DNA of 64,000 bases, from NCBI GenBank assembly GCA_963796275.1, contig CAWCKY010000004.1, forward strand, positions 1,408,001 through 1,472,000, given 5' to 3'. Position 1 is the first letter of the stretch. Each line of letters opens with the position of its first letter. A program made the position numbers and the translations under genes. Origin of the DNA: an uncultured Acidobacteriota bacterium (GTDB taxonomy: Bacteria > Acidobacteriota > Blastocatellia > RBC074). The notes under the pieces are model-generated. The model made no database searches. It saw nothing but the letters and a program-made list of their open reading frames with translations, and was not told where the DNA came from. Of this stretch, positions 31,560 to 42,052 are shown piece after piece.

Positions 31560-33173
31560 TCAAAACAGATATCCGAAAGCCAGATTATAATGGTTATTCT
31601 TGAATCTGCCGGTTGAATAGTCGGTCCACATCCTCCGATATTCCAATGACATCAGAAAATTCGACCGCATATGATAGATGAAATTGGCCGAGCCGACCTG
31701 ATTTTTGAACCGCGTACGATCGTTGACTATACCTGAACTGATATCGAGATTGGACGGGTCTTCCTGGCCATACGCGAAATTGAACTCGAGATTGCGGCGA
31801 GCCAGTGCGCGTAATTGAAACCAGCCGCCGCTCGATCGCACGCCGCGGACGATCGATAGCGGATCGTCGAATGGACCGGTGGCGGCGAAGTGGCGATCGA
31901 TCCGTGACCCGCTCTCTTCACTGAGGCTGACGCTACGCCCGTGATATGCCTCGCCGCTGACTTCGAAATGGGCTCCGAGCGGAATCAGCCAGTCGCCGGA
32001 AAGGACATAGCCGTCAACATTGCGGCCGAAGCTGAACGACCGCTTGTCGAAGTGACTTCCGAAGCCGACCTCATAATGGCGCTCGGCATCGGAATGGCGG
32101 CGATATGCTATCCGGCTTTCATAACCGGGAGGGCCTTCGATGACCGAGCGGCCCACCCTATCGCCGAATGAAGGCAATAGTGCGCCCTGCAGGATCAATT
32201 CGGACTTTTCCCCTACCTGGGGCCGATGTTCGACCCCGATTTGCGGCCGCCACTGCCACAGATTGCCGGCGTTCGCCAGCGATGGCTTCCAAACTGCGGC
32301 AATCGAATTCGGCTCAAGCGGTGAAATAATCGGCCCCCGCTGTCCGACTTCAACCCTGGTTCGATCCCAATCGAGTTGCGCTGTTGCCGTCCTTATCCGG
32401 ATAAACCCCAGCACATCGCCGTCAGTCGAGCCTTGCGTCCCACCCCAGAAATCGGTTTCGACCTCCGCGCTCAAACGAGCGCTCCCGACCCGTGGGCCTG
32501 TCATCGACAGGCCGATCTTGGATTGCCGAAGCGTGGTACCGAGATTGTTTTTTCGCTCCCCCGGGTCAACCGGTTGGGCAAACAACGGATCATCCCTGAG
32601 CGAGGAATCATGACTATTGAGATAAGTGTTAGCCAGGAGAATTCCGAAAAGGCGTACACGGAAACGCGACTCGCTCTCAACTTTAGTTTGCGCCTGCTCT
32701 TGGATTTGAGCGGAGTTGATCTCAACCTGTTCTTCGATCTTCGACAATCGATCGCCCGACTGCCGATTGGCGAGTGATGATTGCGGATTTTGCAACTCCG
32801 ACGGCGAGTGGGGTTCTGCGGCGACAGTTGGCGTGGGTGGCTGGGAAGATTGCATCCTGGCAAGTTCCGCCTGCAAATGCGATACCTGTGATTTGAGATT
32901 TGAGATTTGCTCATCGCCGATCGCCTCGCGCAGAGACGCCACTTCTCGTTGCAAGGACTCGATCTGTTCGCGCGCGCGCCTGGATTCAGCCTGGGCGAGG
33001 TCAGCCGATTCTTGAGCGCGTCGAACGAGATCGAGCAGCGTCCGGTCGGTCGGGATTGCGGCCTTTCTCGGTTCCGGCCTTTTGCGTTTGGACGGAGATC
33101 CGCTTGCATCCGCGCTGGTCTCCAATGACATAGCGATCAGTCCGAAGGCGAAGATGACAATCAGCTTTTTCAT
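31560..33173 (-). CDS. Putative outer-membrane porin (DcaP-like) with N-terminal coiled coil
   Basis: Signal peptide, coiled coil, TKVES.SRFRV.L.G, LRQS..G, E.DFWGG, alternating beta strands, C-terminal GYLF. Confidence 0.65.
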   Translation of the reverse strand: MKKLIVIFAFGLIAMSLETSADASGSPSKRKRPEPRKAAIPTDRTLLDLVRRAQESADLAQAESRRAREQIESLQREVASLREAIGDEQISNLKSQVSHLQAELARMQSSQPPTPTVAAEPHSPSELQNPQSSLANRQSGDRLSKIEEQVEINSAQIQEQAQTKVESESRFRVRLFGILLANTYLNSHDSSLRDDPLFAQPVDPGERKNNLGTTLRQSKIGLSMTGPRVGSARLSAEVETDFWGGTQGSTDGDVLGFIRIRTATAQLDWDRTRVEVGQRGPIISPLEPNSIAAVWKPSLANAGNLWQWRPQIGVEHRPQVGEKSELILQGALLPSFGDRVGRSVIEGPPGYESRIAYRRHSDAERHYEVGFGSHFDKRSFSFGRNVDGYVLSGDWLIPLGAHFEVSGEAYHGRSVSLSEESGSRIDRHFAATGPFDDPLSIVRGVRSSGGWFQLRALARRNLEFNFAYGQEDPSNLDISSGIVNDRTRFKNQVGSANFIYHMRSNFLMSLEYRRMWTDYSTGRFKNNHYNLAFGYLF

Positions 33174-33254
33174 AACCTCTCCTCAGAATACAGTTATCAG
33201 TTTCCAGTTCTAGGTTCAGTGACTAACCATCTTCCGAAAACTGGAAACACATTC

Positions 33255-33638
33255 TTAATTTCGCTGCTCGATCAACATTTCGAGATGGGGCAAAAGGCTG
33301 GAAAACGGACTCTGCTTGCTGAAACAACAGTCCGCCCGCGTTTCCAGGCTTTCCGGAGGACTGTTTGACCCGTCTGTTTCGATATATGCCGAGAGGATGA
33401 CAAAAGGGATCGCGGCCAGGTCGGGTTCACCGCGTACCCGCGTGCACAACGCCTGCCCGTCCATCAGCGGCATCTCCAAATCGGAGATGATTGCATCGGG
33501 CCGTAAGTTCCGCAACAGATCGAGCGCCTCGAATGCATCAGCCGCTTCGACCACCGTGTATCCGGCATCTTCAAGCGCCATCGCCGCGACGGCTCGAAAC
33601 ACCTGATCATCGTCAACCAGCAATATTCTATTGGGCAT
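33255..33638 (-). CDS. Single-domain response regulator (receiver)
   Basis: ILLVDDD, ISDLEMPLMDG, ILSA, K. Confidence 0.88.
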   Translation of the reverse strand: MPNRILLVDDDQVFRAVAAMALEDAGYTVVEAADAFEALDLLRNLRPDAIISDLEMPLMDGQALCTRVRGEPDLAAIPFVILSAYIETDGSNSPPESLETRADCCFSKQSPFSSLLPHLEMLIEQRN

Positions 33639-35556
33639 CCTCTCCTCCTGCCGCGGGCAATTCAATGAAAAAATGTGCGCCGCGCGCCTCTGCCTCAGTC
33701 AACCCTATCCTGCCTCCGTGGGCTTCGACGATACCCCTGGCGATCGCCAGGCCGAGCCCCGTGCCTCCCTGTTTGCCCTGGCTGACAAATGGCTCGAAGA
33801 GCCTCTCGCGGAGTTGCGGAGGCACGCCCGGGCCATCGTCGACGATATCGATCCGGACAAACCCATTCTTGTTCCTGGCGTTGATCTCAATCGCCCCTCC
33901 CTGCGGCATGGCTTCCATGGCATTTATCACCATATTTTCAAAGACGCGTCTCATCCGCTCAGCATCGGCTTCGACGATGGCGCCCGCAGGGATACTAGAC
34001 TCGAGTTTGATCCGCAAATGCAATAACTGCGCGGTAAACTCATGCGTCACGCGTTGGACGATGAGGGAGAGCGGCTGGACCTGGCGCTTTAGTTTATAGC
34101 TGCCGCACGAAAATTCGAGCAACTCTGTCATCATTCCGCTCATCCGCTCCGATGCGCGTAACTGGCTTTCAATCAATGTGCGGCGGCGATCTGGCGGAAG
34201 GTTCTCGTGATTGAGGACCTCGGCCGCGGTCGAGATAGTCGCGAGAGGATTTCGCAAATCGTGAATGATCGAGCTGGCCATCTGTCCCACGGTCGCCAGT
34301 CGTTCGCTTTTGAGCAGGGCGGCCTGGGATTGTTTGATCGAGTGGCGCATCTGGTTGAAGGCCGTCGAGAGTTGACCGATCTCTCCCCGCGCGTAGGTGA
34401 GCACGGGAAATTCGTAATTCCCCCGGCCTAGCTCGCGCGCCCCGGCGGCGAGCGATTCAATCGGCCTGGTTATTCGGCCGGCGATCAGATAGCTCAACAC
34501 CCAGGCCGCGACGATGCCGAGCGTCCAGAGCAGCAATAATCGGTTGGTGATGGCGCGGAATAACTGCCCGGCGCCGGCCAGCGAACGCAGGATGATAACC
34601 TGTCCGATTAGTTCCCCATTAAACCCTACCAGCTGGCGCGCGAATGCGAGATATAGATCGCCGCCGATATCGATCTCGGCCGGGCGTTCGGGCGTGGCCT
34701 CACCGATATTGTTATTTACCCCGTTCACCGCAATCGCGCTGAGCGCGGCCGCTTCGACGTTCTGCGGAAGTGAAGAAGCATAGATTCGATCGCCGAGGAA
34801 GAAGATTACTTCGCTGTGAATCAGACGGCCGACATCGCGCGCCACCGCGGCGTTAAGCTCTACGCCGGTACCCAGCACGGCGAGGGTATTGTTGTAATGG
34901 GCGTTTCCGGAATGGAGGACGACGGGCGTGAGCACCAGATTGAACAGCCTCCCGCCCAGCATGGTGAAGCTGCGACTCTGCGTTTGCCGCTCGCCCGCAG
35001 TGCGGGCTGCTAGCAGATCGGAGACAGCAGGCGCCTCTCCTTCCTGCTGCTCGGTAAACATCACGCGACCCGCGCCATCGCTGATCAGGAATAGATCACC
35101 CGGTTCGACCGCCTCCGTCCGCGAGTCAGCGATCATCTCCCGCAAAGTTTCGCGGTCGCCGGAAGCGCGCTCATCTCCAAAGACGGTTTTGACGATAGGC
35201 GAATTGGCCATCGCCGATCCCATACTCGCAAGCCTGCGATCACGCTGGCTCCAGACCGCATCGTATAGCGGCAGAAGTGTTTCAACCTCGGCCTGTACCT
35301 GCCGGCGCGCCTCTCCCACCACCTGATTATTGATCACCCAGGCGCCGATAATCAGGATCGCGCTCGAAAGCAATGCTGAGCTGAGAAAAAGTTGGCCCCT
35401 GAGAGAACGCGTATTGCGGGTTGAGGATTGCAGATTACCGGTCTCGGATTGCGTATGGCGGATTCCGGATTGCGCATTCATCGAAGTTACCCTCTGATTG
35501 GCTGCCACCATTCCACCGCGGTTTGCGGCTCGCTGATCGGTAAATGACATCTTCAT
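33628..35556 (-). CDS. Membrane sensor histidine kinase (periplasmic sensor, HAMP, HisKA, HATPase); start uncertain
   Basis: Two TM helices; ITRPIE.L...A HAMP; IIHDLRNPL; N..INA.EAM; DDGPG; FEPF; GTGLGL. Confidence 0.92.
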   Translation of the reverse strand: MKMSFTDQRAANRGGMVAANQRVTSMNAQSGIRHTQSETGNLQSSTRNTRSLRGQLFLSSALLSSAILIIGAWVINNQVVGEARRQVQAEVETLLPLYDAVWSQRDRRLASMGSAMANSPIVKTVFGDERASGDRETLREMIADSRTEAVEPGDLFLISDGAGRVMFTEQQEGEAPAVSDLLAARTAGERQTQSRSFTMLGGRLFNLVLTPVVLHSGNAHYNNTLAVLGTGVELNAAVARDVGRLIHSEVIFFLGDRIYASSLPQNVEAAALSAIAVNGVNNNIGEATPERPAEIDIGGDLYLAFARQLVGFNGELIGQVIILRSLAGAGQLFRAITNRLLLLWTLGIVAAWVLSYLIAGRITRPIESLAAGARELGRGNYEFPVLTYARGEIGQLSTAFNQMRHSIKQSQAALLKSERLATVGQMASSIIHDLRNPLATISTAAEVLNHENLPPDRRRTLIESQLRASERMSGMMTELLEFSCGSYKLKRQVQPLSLIVQRVTHEFTAQLLHLRIKLESSIPAGAIVEADAERMRRVFENMVINAMEAMPQGGAIEINARNKNGFVRIDIVDDGPGVPPQLRERLFEPFVSQGKQGGTGLGLAIARGIVEAHGGRIGLTEAEARGAHFFIELPAAGGEDAQ

Positions 35557-35577
35557 CGATCCACAATACGCAAAGCT

Positions 35578-36408
35578 TCATGGTCTGCGATAACGTGGCC
35601 GATTGTTCAATTTGTCATAGTCCTGTCCGTATTTGTTTGGGTGGGGACGCGGTATGTAATCCTTCTCGCTGACTTGAAGAATTCCCATATCCAATCCCGA
35701 AGCGGTGACCTGTACTGTTCTCATCAGCTCCGATAGATGTTCGGCCTGTGAACGTTCATGCCAGACGTTGAATCGATATTGCCCTTCGGGAACGTTATCG
35801 ATCTGGAACTTCCCGCTCTGGTCACTGATGACAAAATATGGCGTATCGACCGTAACCACAATTGCGCTCATCTGCGGATGGATATTGCAGAAGATGTGCG
35901 AGACACCCGCGCGGTTGAAGTTGACCGGGCGAGTTTCACCGCTGGCATAAAGTCCGAGATCGAATCGCCTACCATTGAAGATCGAGAAGACGTTATGAAA
36001 GAAAGGATCTTCATTCGGGAAATCTACCTCCGAGCCAGTTTGGACGACGACGATATGAGGCATAAAACGCTTGTTGCGCTGTGTGATCACCTTCCTCGAT
36101 CTTTTACCCGATCGCGCTGACAGGCCATCTGACGGGATCATCCAGGCCACAACGCCGCTCGCATCTATCTGATCGGATTTTCGATCCTGGGTACTCGGGT
36201 TGATCAGATCAAACCGCCCCTTGACCACTCGGCCCGAGAGTGGAGTCCGTTCCGGGGCTGCCAGGAATGCGATGAGAGAGACCAGGATGATGAGCGTTAG
36301 ATTATTTTTTTTTGACGAAAAAATGCATAGACGCAAGAAATTTTCTGTCATCAACTTTGCGTCTTTGTGCCCTTGGGTCAAATCCCCCTTCAATGATTCG
36401 GCCGACAT
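35578..36408 (-). CDS. Exported cupredoxin-like (type-1 copper) protein with carboxypeptidase-regulatory-like domain; start uncertain
   Basis: FPNEDPFFHNVFS, FDLGLY, FCNIHPQM (His...Cys-x2-His-x2-Met), G.F.I..VPEG.Y...VWH. Confidence 0.72.
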   Translation of the reverse strand: MSAESLKGDLTQGHKDAKLMTENFLRLCIFSSKKNNLTLIILVSLIAFLAAPERTPLSGRVVKGRFDLINPSTQDRKSDQIDASGVVAWMIPSDGLSARSGKRSRKVITQRNKRFMPHIVVVQTGSEVDFPNEDPFFHNVFSIFNGRRFDLGLYASGETRPVNFNRAGVSHIFCNIHPQMSAIVVTVDTPYFVISDQSGKFQIDNVPEGQYRFNVWHERSQAEHLSELMRTVQVTASGLDMGILQVSEKDYIPRPHPNKYGQDYDKLNNRPRYRRP

Positions 36409-36425
36409 TTCGTGGTTTTGTTACC

Positions 36426-37880
36426 TCATGGTGTCTCGTGCTTGGTCCGAGTCGACTGTCCGTCGAGGTCGATCCCCAGGCGCTCGGCCTTCCGATAGAG
36501 TGAGTATCGCCCGATCCCCAGCAGTTCGGCTGCCCGCAGTTTGTTGCCTTTCGTATACCGCATTGTCGCAAGAATATGCTCTCGCTCAACATCCATCAAG
36601 GTACATGGCATCTCGCATATCCAGAAGACCGATGCGGAAGAAGCGGCCGTTTTCTCCGGGGCATCGACCATCTCGAGTTTCATTCCCGTGCGGCTGAGCG
36701 GGGTAGGCGTGAATTGCGTGAAATCCTCCGGCAACAGTTTCCCTCCGACATTGAGCGTGACTGATCGCTCAACGGCATTTTCGAGTTCGCGCACATTACC
36801 CGGCCAATCGAGCTTGGATAGCCATTCGATCGTTTCCGTGGGAGCGCTGACGTATTTTCCCAGCTTGAGGTTGATGCGCTGGAGGAAATGTTCGACGAGC
36901 AATCGAATATCCTCGCGGCGTTCGCGCAGAGGGGGCAGTTCTATATTGATGACGCTCAGGCGATAGAGCAGGTCGCGGCGAAAATCTTCCGCATTGAGCA
37001 GGTCCTGCACCCGGCGGTTCGTCGCAGCCACGATGCGGACATCAACCCGCCGCGATTCGCTTGCACCGACGGGCCGCACCTCCTGCTCCTGCAGGACGCG
37101 TAATAGCTTGACCTGAAACGCGGGCGAAGTTTCGGAGATTTCGTCGAGGAATATCGTGCCGCCGCTCGCGGTCTCGAATATCCCCCGGTGATTGTTGACC
37201 GCGCCTGTGAAGGAGCCGCGAACGTGACCGAATAATTCTGATTCAAGCAGCGTCTCGGTGAAAGCGCCGCAATTGACGGGCACAAAGTGATGCTTGGCGC
37301 GGGGCGAATTGTCGTGTAGCGCCCGGGCTATCAATTCTTTTCCGGTGCCGCTCTCGCCGCTGATCAAGACGGTCGAATCGGTCGCCGCAACCCGGGCGAT
37401 CGCATGATAGATCGCAACCATCGCCGGACTGCTGCCTACGATGGCCTGGCCGAAACTCACCCGGTTGTTAGATTTGGAGTTTTTTTCTCCCTTCAGATTC
37501 TGCTGTTGATGGCGCCATTCCATCGCCCGCCGGATAGCTGAGATCAATTCGGCCGCGCGAAATGGTTTGCCGATATAATCGAATGCCTCAGCCTGCACGG
37601 CCTCCGCCGCCGATTCCATCGATCCGTGCGCGGTCACAACGATCACCGGGACCTTCTCGCTCCACGCGCGTATCTCGCGCAACACTTCGATTCCGGATGT
37701 ATCCCCGAGCATTAAGTCCAGCAGAACGACGTCACAGGCTTGCCCCTTGCAGGCCTCCAATGCCTCTGCGCCACTCGTCACCAACCCGGCCGAAAACCCC
37801 TCCACCTCGATCAGACTCATCGCAACGAGCCCAAATTCGCGATCATCGTCAACTATTAATACTCTGCCCCGGGAACTCAT
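36426..37880 (-). CDS. Sigma-54-dependent response regulator (NtrC/AtoC family)
   Basis: Receiver (LIVDDD, LLDL, KP); GESGTGKE; ESELFGH.RGSFTGA; FLDEI; WPGNVREL; Fis HTH GNK..AA..LGI.R.SLY. Confidence 0.93.
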   Translation of the reverse strand: MSSRGRVLIVDDDREFGLVAMSLIEVEGFSAGLVTSGAEALEACKGQACDVVLLDLMLGDTSGIEVLREIRAWSEKVPVIVVTAHGSMESAAEAVQAEAFDYIGKPFRAAELISAIRRAMEWRHQQQNLKGEKNSKSNNRVSFGQAIVGSSPAMVAIYHAIARVAATDSTVLISGESGTGKELIARALHDNSPRAKHHFVPVNCGAFTETLLESELFGHVRGSFTGAVNNHRGIFETASGGTIFLDEISETSPAFQVKLLRVLQEQEVRPVGASESRRVDVRIVAATNRRVQDLLNAEDFRRDLLYRLSVINIELPPLRERREDIRLLVEHFLQRINLKLGKYVSAPTETIEWLSKLDWPGNVRELENAVERSVTLNVGGKLLPEDFTQFTPTPLSRTGMKLEMVDAPEKTAASSASVFWICEMPCTLMDVEREHILATMRYTKGNKLRAAELLGIGRYSLYRKAERLGIDLDGQSTRTKHETP

Positions 37881-38357
37881 AGATGTCACCACTCCTTTTC
37901 ACCACAGACTTTACTGAACTATTTTGCAAATTAGCTTCCAAACAATTTTTCGACCCTCAGTCTGTTTCACTCTACCCGCTAAACCACAGAAAAAAGTGAT
38001 TTCCTTCGATTTATTGCCGATTTAATGTCTCAGCTCTTGATAGATGCTTCTCCTCGATTAATAGATTTCTATCAACAAGTGAATCGAAATGTTTCATAGA
38101 ACTTGGCAATAGCAACTATTTGTGCCAGTAACGATAGGCAAATCTGCATAAAACATTTGAATATGATCAGACCTAATAGGCCGGCCATTGAAATACTGGT
38201 GATATCAGGAAATGAAAGCTCGCAGGCGCCTGGCGTTCTTGATTAGCGCTGAGCAGGTAAAAGGAAAATGTAAAAATGTTGCTGGCAGTCGTTCGGGCTT
38301 ACCGCAATGCGGATAAACAAGCTTACTGAACTGGTTTCAGATCAATACTGAGTTCGT

Positions 38358-39380
38358 TTATCTGAATCCTCGAACTGAAGCGATCATATTTTTCAGGCTG
38401 CTGGTAGCATCGATCACCGCGGACGGCTCATACCCACAATGCACCATGCAGTCGCGGCAGCGAGGATTCCCGCTCTTGTGACCGTACGACTCCCATCGAG
38501 TCGTTTCGAGCAGTTCCTTGAACGAACCGGCATACCCCTCATTGAGTAAATAACACGGCTTTTGCCAGCCGAAGACATTGTAATTCGGGCACCCCCATGG
38601 GGTACAGTCGTAATCGATCTCGCCCATCAGGAATCTGAGGTAGAAAGGCGATTGATTAAATTGCCACTGTTTTTTCGTGCCCCGTATAGCGCGGAGCGGC
38701 GCCAAAACCTCACGGAAGAGCGCCTTCGTCTGTTCGCGTTTCAGGAAATGCTCCTGATCAGGGGCCCAGGCATAGCTGTAGCCGGGCGAAATAGTCATAC
38801 CGTCGACGCCGAGTTCCGCGAGAAAATCGAACATCTCGTGTAACTCCCGCGGTTCTTCCCCGTCAAAGACGGTCGTGTTCGTATTTACGCGAAAGCCGCG
38901 CTCCTTGGCACTTTTGATCGCACTGACGGCGACATCGAATGTTCCGCCGCGATCGACCAATTTGTCATGACGTTCACGCATCCCATCCAGATGAACGTTG
39001 AAAGTGAGATAAGGGGACGGTTCGAATTTGTCGAGATTCTTCGCGAGCAGGAGCGCATTTGTACAGAGATAGACGAACTTCTTCCGCTCGATCATCCCCC
39101 GGACGATCACATCGATCTCGGGATGAAGCAACGGTTCGCCTCCGGCAATCGAAACGACCGGCGCGCCGCATTCTTCAATCGCTTTGAAAGCATCTTGCGG
39201 AGACATACTCTTCTTGAGAATATCAGCCGGATATTGGATCTTTCCGCAACCGACGCAGGCCAGATTACAGCGAAACAGCGGCTCGAGCATGAGCACTAGC
39301 GGATAACGCCGGTTGCCTTTCAGCTTCTGTTTGAAGATGTATGCGCCGACCTTAAGAGCTTGACGCAGGGTGATTGCCAT
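38358..39380 (-). CDS. hpnH: Adenosyl-hopene transferase HpnH (radical SAM)
   Basis: [58 protein letters not shown]. Confidence 0.93.
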   Translation of the reverse strand: MAITLRQALKVGAYIFKQKLKGNRRYPLVLMLEPLFRCNLACVGCGKIQYPADILKKSMSPQDAFKAIEECGAPVVSIAGGEPLLHPEIDVIVRGMIERKKFVYLCTNALLLAKNLDKFEPSPYLTFNVHLDGMRERHDKLVDRGGTFDVAVSAIKSAKERGFRVNTNTTVFDGEEPRELHEMFDFLAELGVDGMTISPGYSYAWAPDQEHFLKREQTKALFREVLAPLRAIRGTKKQWQFNQSPFYLRFLMGEIDYDCTPWGCPNYNVFGWQKPCYLLNEGYAGSFKELLETTRWESYGHKSGNPRCRDCMVHCGYEPSAVIDATSSLKNMIASVRGFR

Positions 39381-39397
39381 AAACCGAACCTTCCTCA

Positions 39398-39478
39398 AAT
39401 AGACGATTTCCGGGAAAGCAAAGAAGGCGAGCGTCCGTAAAATATTATGCCTTATTTGCTTTCCTTCGAATCGCTATT
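39398..39478. other. Long imperfect hairpin immediately upstream of the hpnH ribosome-binding site
   Basis: AATAGACGATTTCCGGGAAAGCAAAGAAGGC pairs with GCCTTATTTGCTTTCCTTCGAATCGCTATT. Confidence 0.55.
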
Positions 39479-39509
39479 GTCGCCTCTCGCTGCATATTCC
39501 GCAAATCGA

Positions 39510-41171
39510 TTATCGAGCGGCCTGCTGCGATGACGTCATCGGTTTGCGCGGAAGCTTCTCATCGCGCATTGCGGCATTGTAGACGAAGGCAGCCATGATT
39601 ACGGAAGCCTGTTTCATATCCTCGGCCTGAATGCGCTCATATACATCCATGTTCGAATGATGCGTGCGCGTGTCGTACTCGACGGGATCTTGAATGAACT
39701 GGAATCCCGGCAGTCCCACTCTATCGAATGCCAGATGGTCGGTGCCCGAGGTGTTATGGATCGTCAGCGTCGCGGCCCCCAGATCGCGGAAAGGAGCCAG
39801 CCAAGCGCGGAATATCGAGCGAACGGCATCATTGCCCTGTAGATATACTCCGCGGATCTTGCCCGTCCCGTTGTCGAGATTGAAATAGGCCGAAAATTTC
39901 TGGTAATCCGGTTTGGTTACAATCGACCCGGGGTTCGCTGACCCCCCTCCCGGCACATCGCGCTGCGGCTGTTGCCCCGATTGCCCCGATTGCCCCGATT
40001 GCCCCGTTGGGGTCCGGGTTTCGGCGAAATGTTTAGCGACGTAGGCGCGAGAACCGAGCAATCCCTGCTCTTCGCCGCTCCAGAGCGCGATGCGGATCGT
40101 GCGGCGCGGCTTAACGCCAAGCGCTTTGAGAATGCGGACTGCTTCCATGGTGACGGCAATTCCGGCCGCATTATCAGTGGCCCCGGTGCCGCCGTGCCAC
40201 GAATCCATATGTCCGCCGAGCATGACGATCTCATCCTTCTTGTCGCTGCCGGTGATCTCGGCCACGGTGTTGTATGCGTTGAGGTCTTCGTCGTGAAACT
40301 TCGCCGAGATGTTCAGTTCCATCTTGACCGGGATGCCCTTCTGCAGTATTCGCGAGATCCGGCCGTAGTGTTCAACGGCGATGACCACCGAAGGCAGAGT
40401 CTGCGGCGCGTTTCTTTCGCGCGACCCGCCGCCTTGTACAAATACGGTCCCGCCATCGCCTATACGGCTGAACCTGATCACCGCCGCGGCGCCTTCAGTT
40501 TTAAGGAATTCGTTGAACTTCGAGATCAGTCGCTGCCTCTCGCGCCTGGCATTCAATTGTTCTGGAGTATACCGGCCTCCGGCGCGAGCCGGCTCGTCAG
40601 TCGCCATCTTCAATAGCTCTTCATCGCTTAATCGTTCCCCGGAGGCCTGGAATAAGGCTTTGACCTCGCGCATCGGATCGATCATCACGATTTTGCCTTT
40701 CAACTTTCCCTTGTACTTCTCAAGATCAGCTTCGGATTTGATCTCGGCCGAGATGACTTCTGCGATTACTGGCCCATTTGTGCCCGGCGTCCAGGCTTCT
40801 GGATAAGCGATGACGGGAAAAGGGACTGGTTCGATCACATGAACTGAGATTTTGTCGAACGACCAGCCGCGGCCGAATTGCCCCCACGCTTCGAGGCGGG
40901 CATTCTCTAACCCCCATTCAGCCAGCCTGCTCTTCGTCCACTCATTCGATGCCTTCATCCCAGGCGATCCCGTCAAACGATGACCGATGACGTCGGTCAA
41001 CCAGCTGAGCGTGTCCATTACCTTGGATCGCTCCATGCCTTCCGCACGGATATTCTTCATCATCTCCAGATCGACTTTTTCGACCTGCGCGACCTGGGCG
41101 CCGGCGGTAATGATAAGGAGCAGCATTGCAGCGATCGGAACGAGTGTGCGCTTGAAACGACGATTAATCAT
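39510..41171 (-). CDS. Secreted M28 family metallopeptidase (carboxypeptidase Q-like, PA domain)
   Basis: Signal peptide; [39 protein letters not shown]. Confidence 0.9.
   Translation of the reverse strand: MINRRFKRTLVPIAAMLLLIITAGAQVAQVEKVDLEMMKNIRAEGMERSKVMDTLSWLTDVIGHRLTGSPGMKASNEWTKSRLAEWGLENARLEAWGQFGRGWSFDKISVHVIEPVPFPVIAYPEAWTPGTNGPVIAEVISAEIKSEADLEKYKGKLKGKIVMIDPMREVKALFQASGERLSDEELLKMATDEPARAGGRYTPEQLNARRERQRLISKFNEFLKTEGAAAVIRFSRIGDGGTVFVQGGGSRERNAPQTLPSVVIAVEHYGRISRILQKGIPVKMELNISAKFHDEDLNAYNTVAEITGSDKKDEIVMLGGHMDSWHGGTGATDNAAGIAVTMEAVRILKALGVKPRRTIRIALWSGEEQGLLGSRAYVAKHFAETRTPTGQSGQSGQSGQQPQRDVPGGGSANPGSIVTKPDYQKFSAYFNLDNGTGKIRGVYLQGNDAVRSIFRAWLAPFRDLGAATLTIHNTSGTDHLAFDRVGLPGFQFIQDPVEYDTRTHHSNMDVYERIQAEDMKQASVIMAAFVYNAAMRDEKLPRKPMTSSQQAAR
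39972..40006. repeat. In-frame 9-bp tandem repeat (TTGCCCCGA x ~3.9) encoding GQS repeats
   Basis: Direct reading of the sequence; protein [13 protein letters not shown]. Confidence 0.9.
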
Positions 41172-41460
41172 ATGATTCACCTCGCAGAGAGATACTAAAT
41201 TTCCAGATTTGTATTTTTCCATTTTCTCTTTTATCCACGGGGAAGGTCGGTTCTTTCAATGAAAAATGTAAATGCCGATGGACAATGAATCGGTTGTTAC
41301 TACGCGAAAAATAGCATACAGGTTACGAAAAACTAAATCACCACGAGAAGATGGTAGCGGTCGCTGCGCTTGCGGTAAACCACATGCGATGTTAAAAAAT
41401 GCCTTGCGATTGTCAAGTAATATCTATGATGCCAGTCTCTTAATGCAATGGAGGTATCTT

Positions 41461-41988
41461 TTGAAACGCTACGCTACTACACTAGTGACCTTGTTACTCG
41501 CGCTCATCATCGCGTTTTCGGTTTCGTCAAATGCGCAGAAAAGATCGAAGCGCCGCACCGCCAAGCCAACACCTACACCCGCGCCCGTGGTCGATATGCG
41601 CCCAGAAGCGACTCAGGTTGCCGAGCAGATCAAAAACGTCACGAAGTTCCTGTATATTTACGGAAAGGTACAGAATAGCCTTGAAATTGCCGATGAACAG
41701 GCCAAGCGCGGACAGTCCGATCCGAAAATTGTCGAAGAGAACAAGAAAAGCAAGGACCTGCTGGTCGTAAATATCACCGGTTTACGAACGGGCATTAACA
41801 ATTTGCTGAAAAGCTGGGACGGGAATACCCGGGTACAAACGCAATCTCTACGGCTCGCCAAAGCTTCCGATGCGGTAGCGGTGGCTGAACAAAATGCGGC
41901 GGCCGGCCGGTACAGAGAAGCAGCGGACGCCCTCGTGATTGCCGTCGAGCGGATGACAGAGACGATGATTTCCATGAAACAGCCCTGA
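41461..41988 (+). CDS. Secreted helical hypothetical protein
   Basis: TTG start after GGAGG; signal peptide, Lys/Pro-Thr linker, helical domain. Confidence 0.65.
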   Translation: MKRYATTLVTLLLALIIAFSVSSNAQKRSKRRTAKPTPTPAPVVDMRPEATQVAEQIKNVTKFLYIYGKVQNSLEIADEQAKRGQSDPKIVEENKKSKDLLVVNITGLRTGINNLLKSWDGNTRVQTQSLRLAKASDAVAVAEQNAAAGRYREAADALVIAVERMTETMISMKQP

Positions 41989-41990
41989 AC

Positions 41991-42052
41991 CAGTAGGCGG
42001 TAGTCGGTTGTCAAAGAGTAGTTCTCAGGAATATACCGGCTACCGACTACCT
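41991..42052. repeat. Heptamer-armed palindrome (CGGTAGT type), related to the 8108 element
   Basis: CAGTAGG CGGTAGT CGGTTGT ... TATACCG GCTACCG ACTACCT. Confidence 0.7.
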
